Under the pieces are notes generated by a model. That model had not been told where the DNA came from and did not search any database. It worked only from the letters and a program-made list of their open reading frames with translations. From the NCBI GenBank assembly GCA_963693365.1, contig CAVNZM010000014.1:2046001-2110000 (forward strand): DNA of 64,000 nt, given 5' to 3'. Below are positions 32,497 through 45,016 of this stretch, piece by piece (positions within the stretch are counted from its first letter, which is position 1; each line of letters opens with the position of its first letter). The position numbers were made by a program, and so were the translations under genes. Source of the stretch: Amoebidium appalachense (taxonomy: Eukaryota > Protista > Ichthyosporea).

Positions 32497-34653
32497 CCCC
32501 TCCCCCCCCTTCCCCTCCCCCCTCCCCCCTCCCCCCTCCCCCTCCCCTCCGCCCGTTTTACTTGTCCATGCTGATCCCTCAATCTAGAACTGCCACACTG
32601 ACGTAAATATTTGCAGCTTGAGTTCATTGTGGTCACGTTTGACGATGAGAAGAAAACTGCGAGGGTGACCCTCCGTGTGTCTGATGTTCTTGCTGAGATA
32701 CAGGAGGAGCAGAGTCATCTTCCTCCTGGGTACCTATCCCCCTCCCCCTCCCCCCTCCCTCCCCCCACTCCCCACTCCCCAGCCCCTCCCCCCCCCCCCC
32801 CTCCCCTCCCTCCTCCACCCTTTTCCTCGGGCGGGGTCTTCGTTCGACACGTCATTTCAAATCCGCATGTTGTTCTCTCTTCTTTTGATTAGTTTTCTAA
32901 TTCGAAACCCCCCCCCCCCCCCCCCCCCCCCCCTTCCCCCCATCCCTCCCCCCCGGTCTCCCCGGGCCCTGCCTCCAACTCTCTGCCCCACCGAAACCCC
33001 CCATCCCTTCGTCTCTTTTCTGATAAGAAAACAAAAAACAGAGAAAGAAGTAAAAAATAGATTGGTGATGGTGTGTGCATGAGCGAGATAGGGTGGCAAG
33101 TTCAACTGGGTACCAGGATGCTTTTGTCTGCTCATTGCTTTCTCAGAGGGGAGGGGGGGGGGTCTTCTGGGTCTTCTTTTTCTTCTTCTTCTTTTTTTTT
33201 GCATTTATTTTGCCATCCCATGCTTTGGGACCAAATCATATGCTTGTTGATTGATCAACTACTTAGTATAAGGAATTAGGAATTGAAGGCGATTAAAGAC
33301 TAAAGGATTGGGCAAAAGTTGGGACATATTGGAAGGATGTGAACTATACTGTGTTGCGAGCAGAGGGGCATTGTTGGGTGGAGAGGCGGGGGGGGGAGGG
33401 GGGGCTAGGGAGTGGGGGGGGGAGGGGGGGGAGGGGGAGGGGGGGACGGGTAGCTACCATCCACCTCTGATACTGTACGCCTGCTCGATTCCAAAAAACC
33501 CCCCTCCCTCCCTCCCCCCCCCCCCCCCCCCCCCCAAATTTTTTTTTTTAACCCTCTTAACGCATACACCACTCCCCCCTCCCCCCCTCCCCCCTCTGAG
33601 GGTTGGCTTTGCTTTTTATGCATACTTTCTGTGTGGTTGGCACTCTGCATTTTGTTGTCCACTATGAATGTGTGCTTCGTATTCCTGTACACATTCTAAA
33701 CCTGAACGACGGTAAGGGGTCGAAGCTCAGATGCAATTGATTATTTGCACCCCCCCCCCCCCCCCCCCCCCCCCCACCTGCCCGCCCGCCCGCCCGAGGA
33801 TGGTCTCTGCTTATTTTGCATACTGCGCGCATCGCTGATGTTGCATACTCGAGTTTGCTTTTGCCTGTGTCATGCACCGTGTTTCTCTTCGTGTACGTGT
33901 ACTCCATACCATGTTCCGCATTCTAACACCCCCCCCTCCCCCCCCCCTTCCCCCTCTCTCCCCCCTCCCCCCTCCCCTCCCCCCTCCCCCCTCCCCTCCC
34001 CCCTCTCTCCCCCTTCCCCCCTCCCCCCTCCCGCCCTCCCTCCCTCCCTCCCCCCCTCCCCCCTCCCTCCTTCGTCCCCCCCCCCCCCCCCCACTCCATT
34101 TTTTATCAGCACGGTGGTGGAGTGTACGTGGCACCCCGAGTATGGCCGCTATATGATCGAAGGTATGTGATAGAAGGTGATCGAAGGTATGTGCTGCTAG
34201 TAGAAACTGGGCATCATCATTTCACTGCCTGCACACGCGAATTCCATCGGGGTGCATACACAACCAATCATTGCCTTATTGTTTTTGCTCCCCCCCCCCC
34301 CCCCCCCCCCTCCCCCCCCCTCTCCCCCCCTCTCCTCCCCCACCGCCACCCCATCTCCCTCTTTTCCCTTTCTCACAAACCTTACCCCACCCTATCTCTT
34401 GAACTCCCCCCCCCCCCCCCCCCCCCCGGGACCCCCTTCATTTTCATGGGTTTTAATTTGGACAATGTGAAAATGGTTCCTTCCCCTCTCCCACCCACTC
34501 CGCCTAAGACGAGGATTGGGCTTACAGATTGTTGTATAATGCTTGTGGCTTCAGTTGTAGTTTTAGTTTTAGTTTTAGTTATAGTTTTTTGCATCCTGTT
34601 ATATGGACTGCATCTCGTCTTCGTTGCTTATCTTTGCACCTCACACTGTACAC

Positions 34654-34686
<33 letters not shown>

Positions 34687-35619
34687 ACACACACACACCC
34701 TTTCTTTTCTGGAGGCATAGGAACCCCGGGGATGATGGGCTCGGTTTAAGTGTCTTCTGCCTGCACGCTATTGTTTGATTTCGGGTTTTTCATTTTTTGT
34801 GACGTTTTGTATCTTGTCCTTTGGTGTCCTCCATATTTCCAACTTTCTAATGCATACATCCGCCACCCCCGCCCCTAATTCCTAACCCCTTGAACGGTAC
34901 CTTCTGCCTTCTCCACCACTATCGACCCCCAAGCATATGTTCGTGTCTGTGTCAGTCTATTTCATCACTACAATCCCCCCCCCCTCCCTCCTCCTCCTCC
35001 CTGCCCCCCCTCCCTCCGTCCCCTCCCCCTCCTGCGTATGATACATGTGCTCTGCGTGTGCTTTGCAAAATTTGCATTATGTTGTCCTTCGTGAATGTTT
35101 GGCTCTCTCTGTAACACATACCCCCCCTCCCCCTCCCCCCGCGCCGCCTCCAGGCCCATCCACACCCTCCTTCGAGTTATTCGATACCTTGCCCTTCCCT
35201 ATCTCTCTCTTCCGTTTCGATTCATCGTCGTTCACTCCGTATGGCTTAGCACAACATTCCCATTTGTGTTGCCTGTTCTTGCACGTTTTTTTTTGGAGGA
35301 GATGTGTGCAAGTGTTGTGTGTGTGTGTGTGTGCTGGGCTGGGAGGGGGGGAAGGAGGGTGGGGGGGGATAGGGAAGAGGGAGAAGGAGGGGGGAGAGGG
35401 AGAAGGAGGGGGGAGAGGGAGAAGGACGAGGGGGGGGGGAGGGGGGAGGGGGCAAAATGACACCATTATAATCAAACTGCGGGCAGGTGTGCCCGGTGGG
35501 CCGTACGGGTTTGCACTGTCCGAGTTGACTAAGATCGAGAGCAACATGCGGGGCAGGTGTGTGTGTGTGCGTGTGGGTGTGTGGGTGTGTGGGTGTGTGG
35601 TGGTGGGTGGTGGTGGTGG

Positions 35620-35650
<31 letters not shown>

Positions 35651-35749
35651 AGAAGGGAAGAAGGGGGAGCATGTGACATAGTCTTGTGAATAAGGAGAGG
35701 GATGAGATAAAGTGAGCGTGTGTGTGTGCGTGTGCGTGTGCGTGCGTGC

Positions 35750-35782
<33 letters not shown>

Positions 35783-35930
35783 ATTGAGTGAGTGAGTGTG
35801 TGTGTGTGTGTGTGTGTAGGGAAAGGGGGGGGGGGGGGGGGAGGGGAGGCAGGCAACGATGAGGGTGGCAATATTCATCATCGATATCATGGACGAAGTT
35901 GGCCCCCCTTCCCCCCGCCAACCCCCTCTT

Positions 35931-35971
<41 letters not shown>

Positions 35972-36253
35972 CATGAGCACACACGGCCATGCACAACACA
36001 TGAAGACATCAGCGCACACAGTGGGGTTTTCATGATCGAGATTATGCTTTGGGGTTTTCTTTCTTTGCACACAGACAGCTTTCCATTGTACCTGCATCCC
36101 CCCCCCCCCCCTCTCGCTCCCTCCCTGTTTATGTGTACTTCGTACTTCATGACACATCCAAACCCAACCCCCCCCCCCCCCCCCCCCTCCCCCCCCTTCC
36201 CTTCCCTTCTTTCTGGTCGAAACTCGAGTACTGTGGATGACTTCCCCCCCCCC

Positions 36254-36294
<41 letters not shown>

Positions 36295-36588
36295 ATGGGT
36301 TGCTTATGATGCATACACACAGTCTTTGTGTGAGCTTTGCAGAAACCTCTTTTCGTGGCCCGTCGTGAATGTGTGCTTTGTACTGGATGAGACAGTCTAA
36401 CCCCCCCCCCTCCCCCCTTCCCCCCCAACCTTAAATTTCTTATTTATTTACATTTTATTTTATTTTATACTAATTGCTGCTCTACGTGTGCGTACAGACG
36501 TGTAGACATTCAGAAACGTCTGGCACCAAATGAGGCTGTCGTCAGCATAACAAACTTCCCACGCCTCGGGTAAACCCCCCTCCCCCCC

Positions 36589-36620
<32 letters not shown>

Positions 36621-37091
36621 AAAAAAAAACCCCGACACACACCATGTCATTTGAGTCTTACTTCTTACTCCGCCTTCGTTGCCTTAATTAGAGCACTTTC
36701 TGATTCGTCCTTTGTATGTCTAAAACATCCGAAATCCCCCCCCCCCCCCCCCCCCCCTCCCCCCCCCCTCCCCCGCCCCACCCCGCCGTTCTCTCCCAAT
36801 CCCCTCAGGCCCAGACAACCCTGCCCCTTTTCATTTTTGTGCCCAAGGTTTTCTCGAGAGCAGTGTGACGTCCTCGTTTTGCAGAGATTTGATATTTTTT
36901 TTCCCAGGTCGAAAAAGGGGAGATTGTGCTTGGGTTAAGGATGTGACTACCCATTATCCAGACAGATGTGATATGAGGCCTAAATATCGCAACACTCACA
37001 CGTATGCCTGCATGTATGCAACCGGTTTACTGATTTATATGATTAACACACACGCGGGCACACGTACACGCACGGGCGCACGCACACACAT

Positions 37092-37150
<59 letters not shown>

Positions 37151-37347
37151 CACACACCAACCCATACCCACACACCCGCACCAACCGAGTCCTCCCTGAG
37201 GATGTGCTCTGCTTATGACACATACTGTGCACATGGCTGATGTTGCATACTTGAATGTTTGCCTTTGCATGTGTCCTTCACCATGCATTCGTCGTGTATG
37301 CGTACTTCGTACCGTGTTCCGCATTTAAACCCCCCTCCCCCCCCCCC

Positions 37348-37378
<31 letters not shown>

Positions 37379-37613
37379 AGATGCCCAGCATTCACCGAGC
37401 CTCCCTACGAGCCATATGGGCCCATAGCCAAGTCTCTCTTTATCCCAGATGAAGCTATCAACCCCCACCCCCGCTTTGGGTAACCCCCCCCCCCCCCCTC
37501 CCCCCTCCCCCCTCTCCCTGGGGAAAAACAATGCATTTTGAATAGAAGCGGGACATCATAATCACATGAACGTACACGCACACACAGTGCACGTATGCAC
37601 ATGCACGCACACG

Positions 37614-37647
<34 letters not shown>

Positions 37648-37859
37648 CATGCGCGCGCACACACACACTCACGTACACTTACACATACACACACATACAC
37701 ACTCAACCAACCCCCCCCCCCCCCCCCCCCCCGCCCGCCCTCCTCCCTCAAACTTCCACAACCTTCCCTATCCCTAAGAAATAGCAATTACATGGGTTGT
37801 AAACCGGGCACGAGGGAGGAAGGGGAGTGGATTTGGAGCGGTGGTGGCGGCGGCGGCAG

Positions 37860-37893
<34 letters not shown>

Positions 37894-38250
37894 CTTTATA
37901 GAGCGTTGATTATATGGTCTCACACACGTGTACCGTCACAGGACTCTTACGAAGAGCATTCGAGAGAGGAAGGGGGCAAGAGTCAACATCAGTGTTCCTG
38001 TCTTCCACGACACGAACACACCAAGGCCATTTATTGAGGTAGGGTGGGATGTTGAGCATTTGTAGAATTCTCTCTCCCCCTTTCTCTCCCACGGTGTCCC
38101 ACCCTATCTCACTCTCTTTCTCCCTCTCCCTCCCTCCCTTCATCCATCCCTCCCTCCGTCCCTCCCTCTATCTCTCTTGCTTTTTTGCTTGCTCTCTCTC
38201 TCGCTCTCTCTCTTGTCTCTCTCTCTTTCTGTCTTTTCTCTCTCTCGACC

Positions 38251-38284
<34 letters not shown>

Positions 38285-38672
38285 CTCCGTCCCTCCCTCC
38301 CTTCCTGCCTGCCTGTGTCTCTCTCTCCCTCCCTCCCTCCCTCCCTCCCTCTTCTCACTTTCTTCGCCCTCCCTCCCTCCTTCCCCCCCTCCCCCCCCCC
38401 CCCCCCCCCCCCTCTCTCTCTCCGTCAATCTCTTCTTTTGCTCATGATTTCAATCTCACCATTTCAATCTCACCATTTCAATCTCGCGTGAGCAGAAGTT
38501 CCCGAATGATGATGGGGAGGCAGCGAGGGCGGCCAAGCCAGACACCATCTACATGGACGCTATGTGCTTCGGCATGGGTTGCTGCTGCGTGCAGGTGCGA
38601 TATATTACACTGGAAGTTGAAAGGGTGAACGGCAGGGGCATTTATTTTTCTTTTTTTCCTTTTTTTCTTTCT

Positions 38673-38703
<31 letters not shown>

Positions 38704-39688
38704 GGGGATTTTGGAGGGGGGAGGGGAGGGGGAGAGGGGCACAAAAAAGATGGGAGAGGGGAGGGAGGGGGGGGGGGGGGGGGGGGAGGAAGAATAAAGA
38801 CAAGGAGCACACGGGGAAGGAAGATGGGAGGGGAGGGAGGGAAGGGGGGGGGGGGGGGGAAGAATAAAGACAAGGACAAGGGGGGAGGGGGGGGAAGGGG
38901 GGGGGGGGGGGAGAGGGGAGGGGGGAGGGGAGGGGATTTGGAGGGGGGGGGGGAGGATGCAGGGGATAGGTCACCTGCTACAGGTGGGCAAATCTAGCCC
39001 TTAATATTGCACTAGAGTCTTTTGAGCCATTCTATAATATCTACTTTGAATATGCGTGTTTGATATCTACTCCCATATTAAGGCATACGTATATATATAT
39101 ATAAATAATTCGATTATAGGGTGTATGGTTAGAACATCGGGTCTATGATTTCTACTCATTTTTGGGGGTTATACCTGCTCAAAATCCGGGTCGAAACTTG
39201 CATACTCACTGTTATTTTGTATCTGTGTGCAGGTGACATTCCAGGCATGTAGCATCACCGAGGCCCGCTATCTCTATGACCAGCTGGCATGTGTGTCACC
39301 TGTCTTGGTAGGTGTGCATGCTACCACATGTGCACGTAGATGCATGAACATGCACATGCACACACAAACCAAACATAAACACACACACACGTGCATGCAT
39401 GCATTAATCAAGACACCCGCACAAATGTACACACGCACACACACACACACACACACACGTGCATACATGAACAAAGACACACACAGGCGCGCACGCAAAA
39501 TCACGTACACAGCAGCGACCATAAACACTGGCATCCTTTTTACATGCTTTCACGTTCGATTCGAAACAGAGCAGAATCGACAAACAAACGAACCAAAGGC
39601 AAGACACAAATTACAACAAAAGAAAAGGCAAAAAGGAAAAAGGAAAAGAGGGAGGGGAGAGGGGAAGCGAAGGGGGGGAGGGAGGGAG

Positions 39689-39725
<37 letters not shown>

Positions 39726-40528
39726 ACGAAAGCAATGAGCTGCCATATACTGTGCTGACATGTGTTTTCCAGCTTGCCCTTACAGCAGCATGCCCCGTTT
39801 TCCGAGGGCTGTTGGCGGATGTGGATTGCCGGTGGAATGTAATTGCTCAGTCGGTGGACGACAGAACACCAGAGGAGATGGGGGAGGTGGTGAGTGTAAA
39901 CAGATTGGCACACACACACACACGTATGCGCGCACGTACACATGTACACACACATGTATGGATGCGTGCGCACATGCAAGCACGTGCGGGTACACAAGCA
40001 CACTGGTGTGTGTGAATGCTTACGCGCTTTGCCTGTCAATACGAATGCACGCTCACACACGCACACACGCACACACACACACACACGCACACGCACGCAC
40101 ACACACACACACACACACAACACGCAAACGCACACACAGCTGGCGCATGCCTACTCTCGCACACTCGTAAACACGTTAGCGTGCACACACAGGCACACGC
40201 ACATGCGCACACAAATTCGTAGAGGGGGAAGGGGAAGATCTGGCTCTTTTTCCATCGGGTTTTTAAGATGGTGTCGGTGGTTTTTTTTGTGTAACACAGT
40301 AATACACCCACACTGCCACACAGAGACAAACTCGTAGGTGCGCGTGACACACAAACACGCACACACTAACACACACACACACACACACACACTCGCACTC
40401 GCACTCGCACTCACACTCACTCACACACACACACACACACACACAACGCGCACATACACTCTCTCACTCACCCACCCACCCACTCACCCAACAGCAACAC
40501 ACACACACACACACACGCACACACGCAC

Positions 40529-40582
<54 letters not shown>

Positions 40583-40615
40583 GACAACACGCGCGCGCGC
40601 ATCCGCACACCCAAC

Positions 40616-40712
<97 letters not shown>

Positions 40713-40716
40713 GACA

Positions 40717-40803
<87 letters not shown>

Positions 40804-41664
40804 ATCACACACGCGTACACCCCCCCCCCCACACACACACACACGTACACTCGTACACACGCATGCACACATGCACACACACAGCCCCTCAAGAACAACA
40901 AGTACGTAATCAACAAGTCCCGCTACGACAGCATCGACAGCTTCCTGTCCCCCGCACCCTACTTCCAGGAGAAGTACAACGACATTCCACTGGTTATGGA
41001 TGACCAAATAAGGAAGGAGCTCGAGGATAACGGTGCGTCCCCCTACCACTTTTATATATATATATCCCCCCCCCCCCCCCCCCCCCCCCCCCACAAAAAA
41101 AAAAAAAAAAGGAAGGAAGGAAAAGAAAAATTGGAATTGGCGACCCCCGAGGACGGGCTCTGCGTATTATGCTTATTCTTTGTGTGGTTTGCAAACTGCA
41201 TTTTGGTGTCCGTTATGCATGTGCACTTCGTACTCTATGACACATTCTAAACCTCCCCACTTCCCCCTTTCCTCCCCATCCCCCCTCCCGCCTTCTTCTA
41301 GATAGGTGTATCAACGTTGTATGTCGGCATTTCTCACGCATTTCTTCTCTGGGGTTCCTTCATTATTTATGGCGCTTATGCAACATCTACATACAATGAG
41401 GGGTCATGATACTTTGGCGTCAATGACGTGGCACCGCCGTCAGAATGACGTCATTCCACGAAATGCCGCCGGGACACCTGAAACCTCACACATTCCCTCA
41501 TTCCTAAATCTAACCGGAGCCCCCTTCCCCCGCGCCCCCCCCCCCTCCCCCTCCCCTCCCCCTGCCCCCTTTCCTCCCCCCTCCCCTTCCTCTTCCCCTC
41601 CTCCCCCCCCCCCTCCCCCCCCCCCCCCCTCCCCTCCTCCCTCCCCCTCCCCCCCCCCCCCCCC

Positions 41665-41704
<40 letters not shown>

Positions 41705-41817
41705 AGGCATTGACCCGCTTCTGTCTCAGCACGTGGCACATCTGTTCATCCGAGACCCCCTGGTGGTGTTTGGGGAGACACTCAATGTCGACAACAACGA
41801 GAGCTCGGAGCATTTCG

Positions 41818-41859
<42 letters not shown>

Positions 41860-44609
41860 CCCCCTTTTTTTTTTCTTTTTCTTTTTCATTTTCATTTTTT
41901 TGGGGGGGGGGGGGAGGGGGGGGGAGGGGGGGGGGGGGAGATCAAAAGATGCAAAACACAACAGCCAATTGGAGCTCGAAAATGTTCGGTTTTAACCACA
42001 CGACCAAATACAAGCATGTGCCCAATCTTGAACCCCAGCTCTTTTTAGTTTTAACACTAACCCACCGTTGGTTTACAGAATCTGCAGTCCACCAATTGGC
42101 AGACGATGCGATTCAAGCCTCCCCCACCCAACACAGACATTGGCTGGCGAGTTGAATTCAGGTAGCTACCCTTCCTACCACCCATGCCTCTAATCGTTAT
42201 TTCTCCCCCCCCTCCCCCCCCTCCCCCCCCCCCTCCCCCTCCCCCCCTCCCCCCCTCCCTCCCCCCTCCCCCCCCCCCCTTTGGTGCACGGACACACACC
42301 GTTTTCCTGTGAAGATGTATGAAGCCTACTACTGACTTCTTCGCAAAGTAATGGAAATTCTGATTTGTATATTCTCTGTCCATCTATGTGTGTTTGCTTG
42401 TAGTTTGGTTTTGTCCGATACCCGTGCATGGGATAGATACTGAGATACCACTTAGGTATTACACCTAGACATACCAATCTCAAAACGTACAGAATCAAAT
42501 AATTTCCTTGCAAGGTGCCTGGAATTGCAGATACCTGACTTTGAAAAAGCTGGCTTCATAACCACTATTCCATTCTCACGCATAAGCTCATACCACTCAC
42601 GAAAATCACCTCGATATACCAAATTTCACACCCACCGATCCACATTCTTTCCTAGCAGGTGCATGGAAGTACAAATATGTATCCGATCATGAAAATGCCG
42701 ACTTGTGTACCGCTATACCACTTACACACACATCAAATACCACAAATACGAAAAATACACCGAGATATACTAGATTTCACATCCACCGACCCACGTTATT
42801 TCCCTGCAGGTGCATGGAATTGCAGATATCCGACTTTGAGAATGCCGCCTTCACCGCTTTCATCGTGCTGCTCACCAGGGCCATTCTCTCATACAACCTC
42901 AACCTCTATATCCCCATCTCAAAGGTATCCCCCCCCCCCCCCCCCCTCCCCCCCGTCTGCCAAAAAGAAATAAATGAAAATAGAACAAAACTAAAAATAA
43001 AATGAAAATAAAATAAAAATCCATTTCCCCCTCTGCTCTGTACGACTGCTTTCGGTTTCTGTGTTTTTGTTTTGTTGTTGCTTTTGCGGTTATTTGATGT
43101 CTCCCCCAAATGCATATACCCCCCCCCCCCCCCCCCCCCCCTTGGGCCCTCCCTGAGGATGGGCTCTGCTTATGACGCATACTGTGCGCATGGCTATGTT
43201 GCATACTTGAATGTTTGCCTTTGCGTGTGTTCTTCGTGTATGCGTACTTCGTACCGTGTTCCGCATTCAAACCCCCCCGGGGCTATCCCGCCAATTAACC
43301 TATCAATTAACCAGCCCCCACCCGTCCTGCCCCTCACATTCTAATTCATCTGTTGTGGTCACAGGTGGACGAAAACATCCAGATTGCGCAACAAAGGAAT
43401 GCGGCACAAGACAAGAAGTTCTATTTCAGAAAGCACCTGTCCCCGGGTACGTGCTGCACCTGACACACTTTCTCTCTTTCTCTCCTCCCCCCCTGTCTCC
43501 CCTCCCCCCCCCCCCCCCCCCCCCCCCCCTTCCCCCCTTCTCTGTCTCCCTCTCTTTCTCTCCCTCCTTCTTCCAAACCCAATTCTCACAATCATTCCGA
43601 GGGTTCGAGAGCACATTGTCAGCACAACTATTCACATTCGGGTACCTGCAATTGCACACAGTACATAATAATTGTGCAAACAGTAATTAACACTCGTGCA
43701 AACAGTACTGAACATAACTCGCGCAAGCAGTACTAAGCGTATTTGTGCATTTAGTATGTATTTTACACTTGCGCAAGCATCACTTTCCACCTGTACAAAT
43801 AGAAGTTCTCTAAGCCGTAGAATGCTTTCCACTTGCGCAAGCAGTACTTCACGCTTGCGTGCTATGAGTACTTCATGCTTGTGCAAACAGTTTTCTGCAT
43901 CTGTGCAAACAGTGCTTTACGCTTGTGCAAAGATTTCTTTGCATTTGTGCATATAATACTTCACGCTTATGTAAACAGCTCTTTGCATTAGTGCAAACAG
44001 CACTTAGCGCCTGTGCAAACAGGTCTTTGCATTCATGCAAACGGTACTTTACGCTTGTGCAAACAGCTCTTTGCATTTGTTCAACAGTACTCTCCTTTCA
44101 TGCAAACAGCACGTCACACGTAGAAACGCTTGTGCAAACAGTTCGTTGCATCCATGCAAACGGTACTTTACGCTTGTGCAAACAGTTCTCTGCATTTGTT
44201 CAAACAATACTCTCCTTTTATGCAAACAGCACTTCACGCGTGTAAACGCTTGTGCAAACAGTCCTTTGCATCCATGCAAACGGTACTTTACGCTTGTGCA
44301 TACAGTTCTTTGCATTTGTTCAAACAGTACTCTCCTTTTATGCAAACAGCACTTCTAGCGTGAAACAGTACCTCACGCTTGTGCAAACAGTCCTATGGAT
44401 ACTTTTGTGCAAACAGTACCTCACGCTTGTGTAAACAGTGCACTATTTTTGTTCAAGCAGTACTTTGCTCTTTCACACCAACTCATGAAATTATCCCTAC
44501 AGCCGGCCCAGGGATGGATGTGCAATCGGATGACGACCCAGATGCCTATGAGCTCATGAGCATCAACACCATTATCAATGGCCAGGTGTGTGTGTGTGGG
44601 GTTGTGTGG

Positions 44610-44688
<79 letters not shown>

Positions 44689-44934
44689 GGGGACGGCGGG
44701 GACGGCGGGGACGGGGGGCGGGGGGGAGAGGGATGCATGTGAAGGGGGAGGGTTTAACATTTTTAACCCTTTTTCTCTTTTTGCAAGTGTAGCTTTTTTT
44801 AAGCCATGGGAATTTACAACCTCCCCCCAGGTATGCATGATACTGACCACACGCTCTCGTTCATATGCATGGATGCATACACATACACACACATCTACTC
44901 ATTGTGTGCATACACATCTACCCATTGTGTGCGC

Positions 44935-45016
<82 letters not shown>

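Noticed and set aside
43660-44465. CRISPR-like array
   Set aside because: The monomers are contiguous and degenerate, with no unique spacers and no cas genes; it is a minisatellite in a eukaryotic intron.
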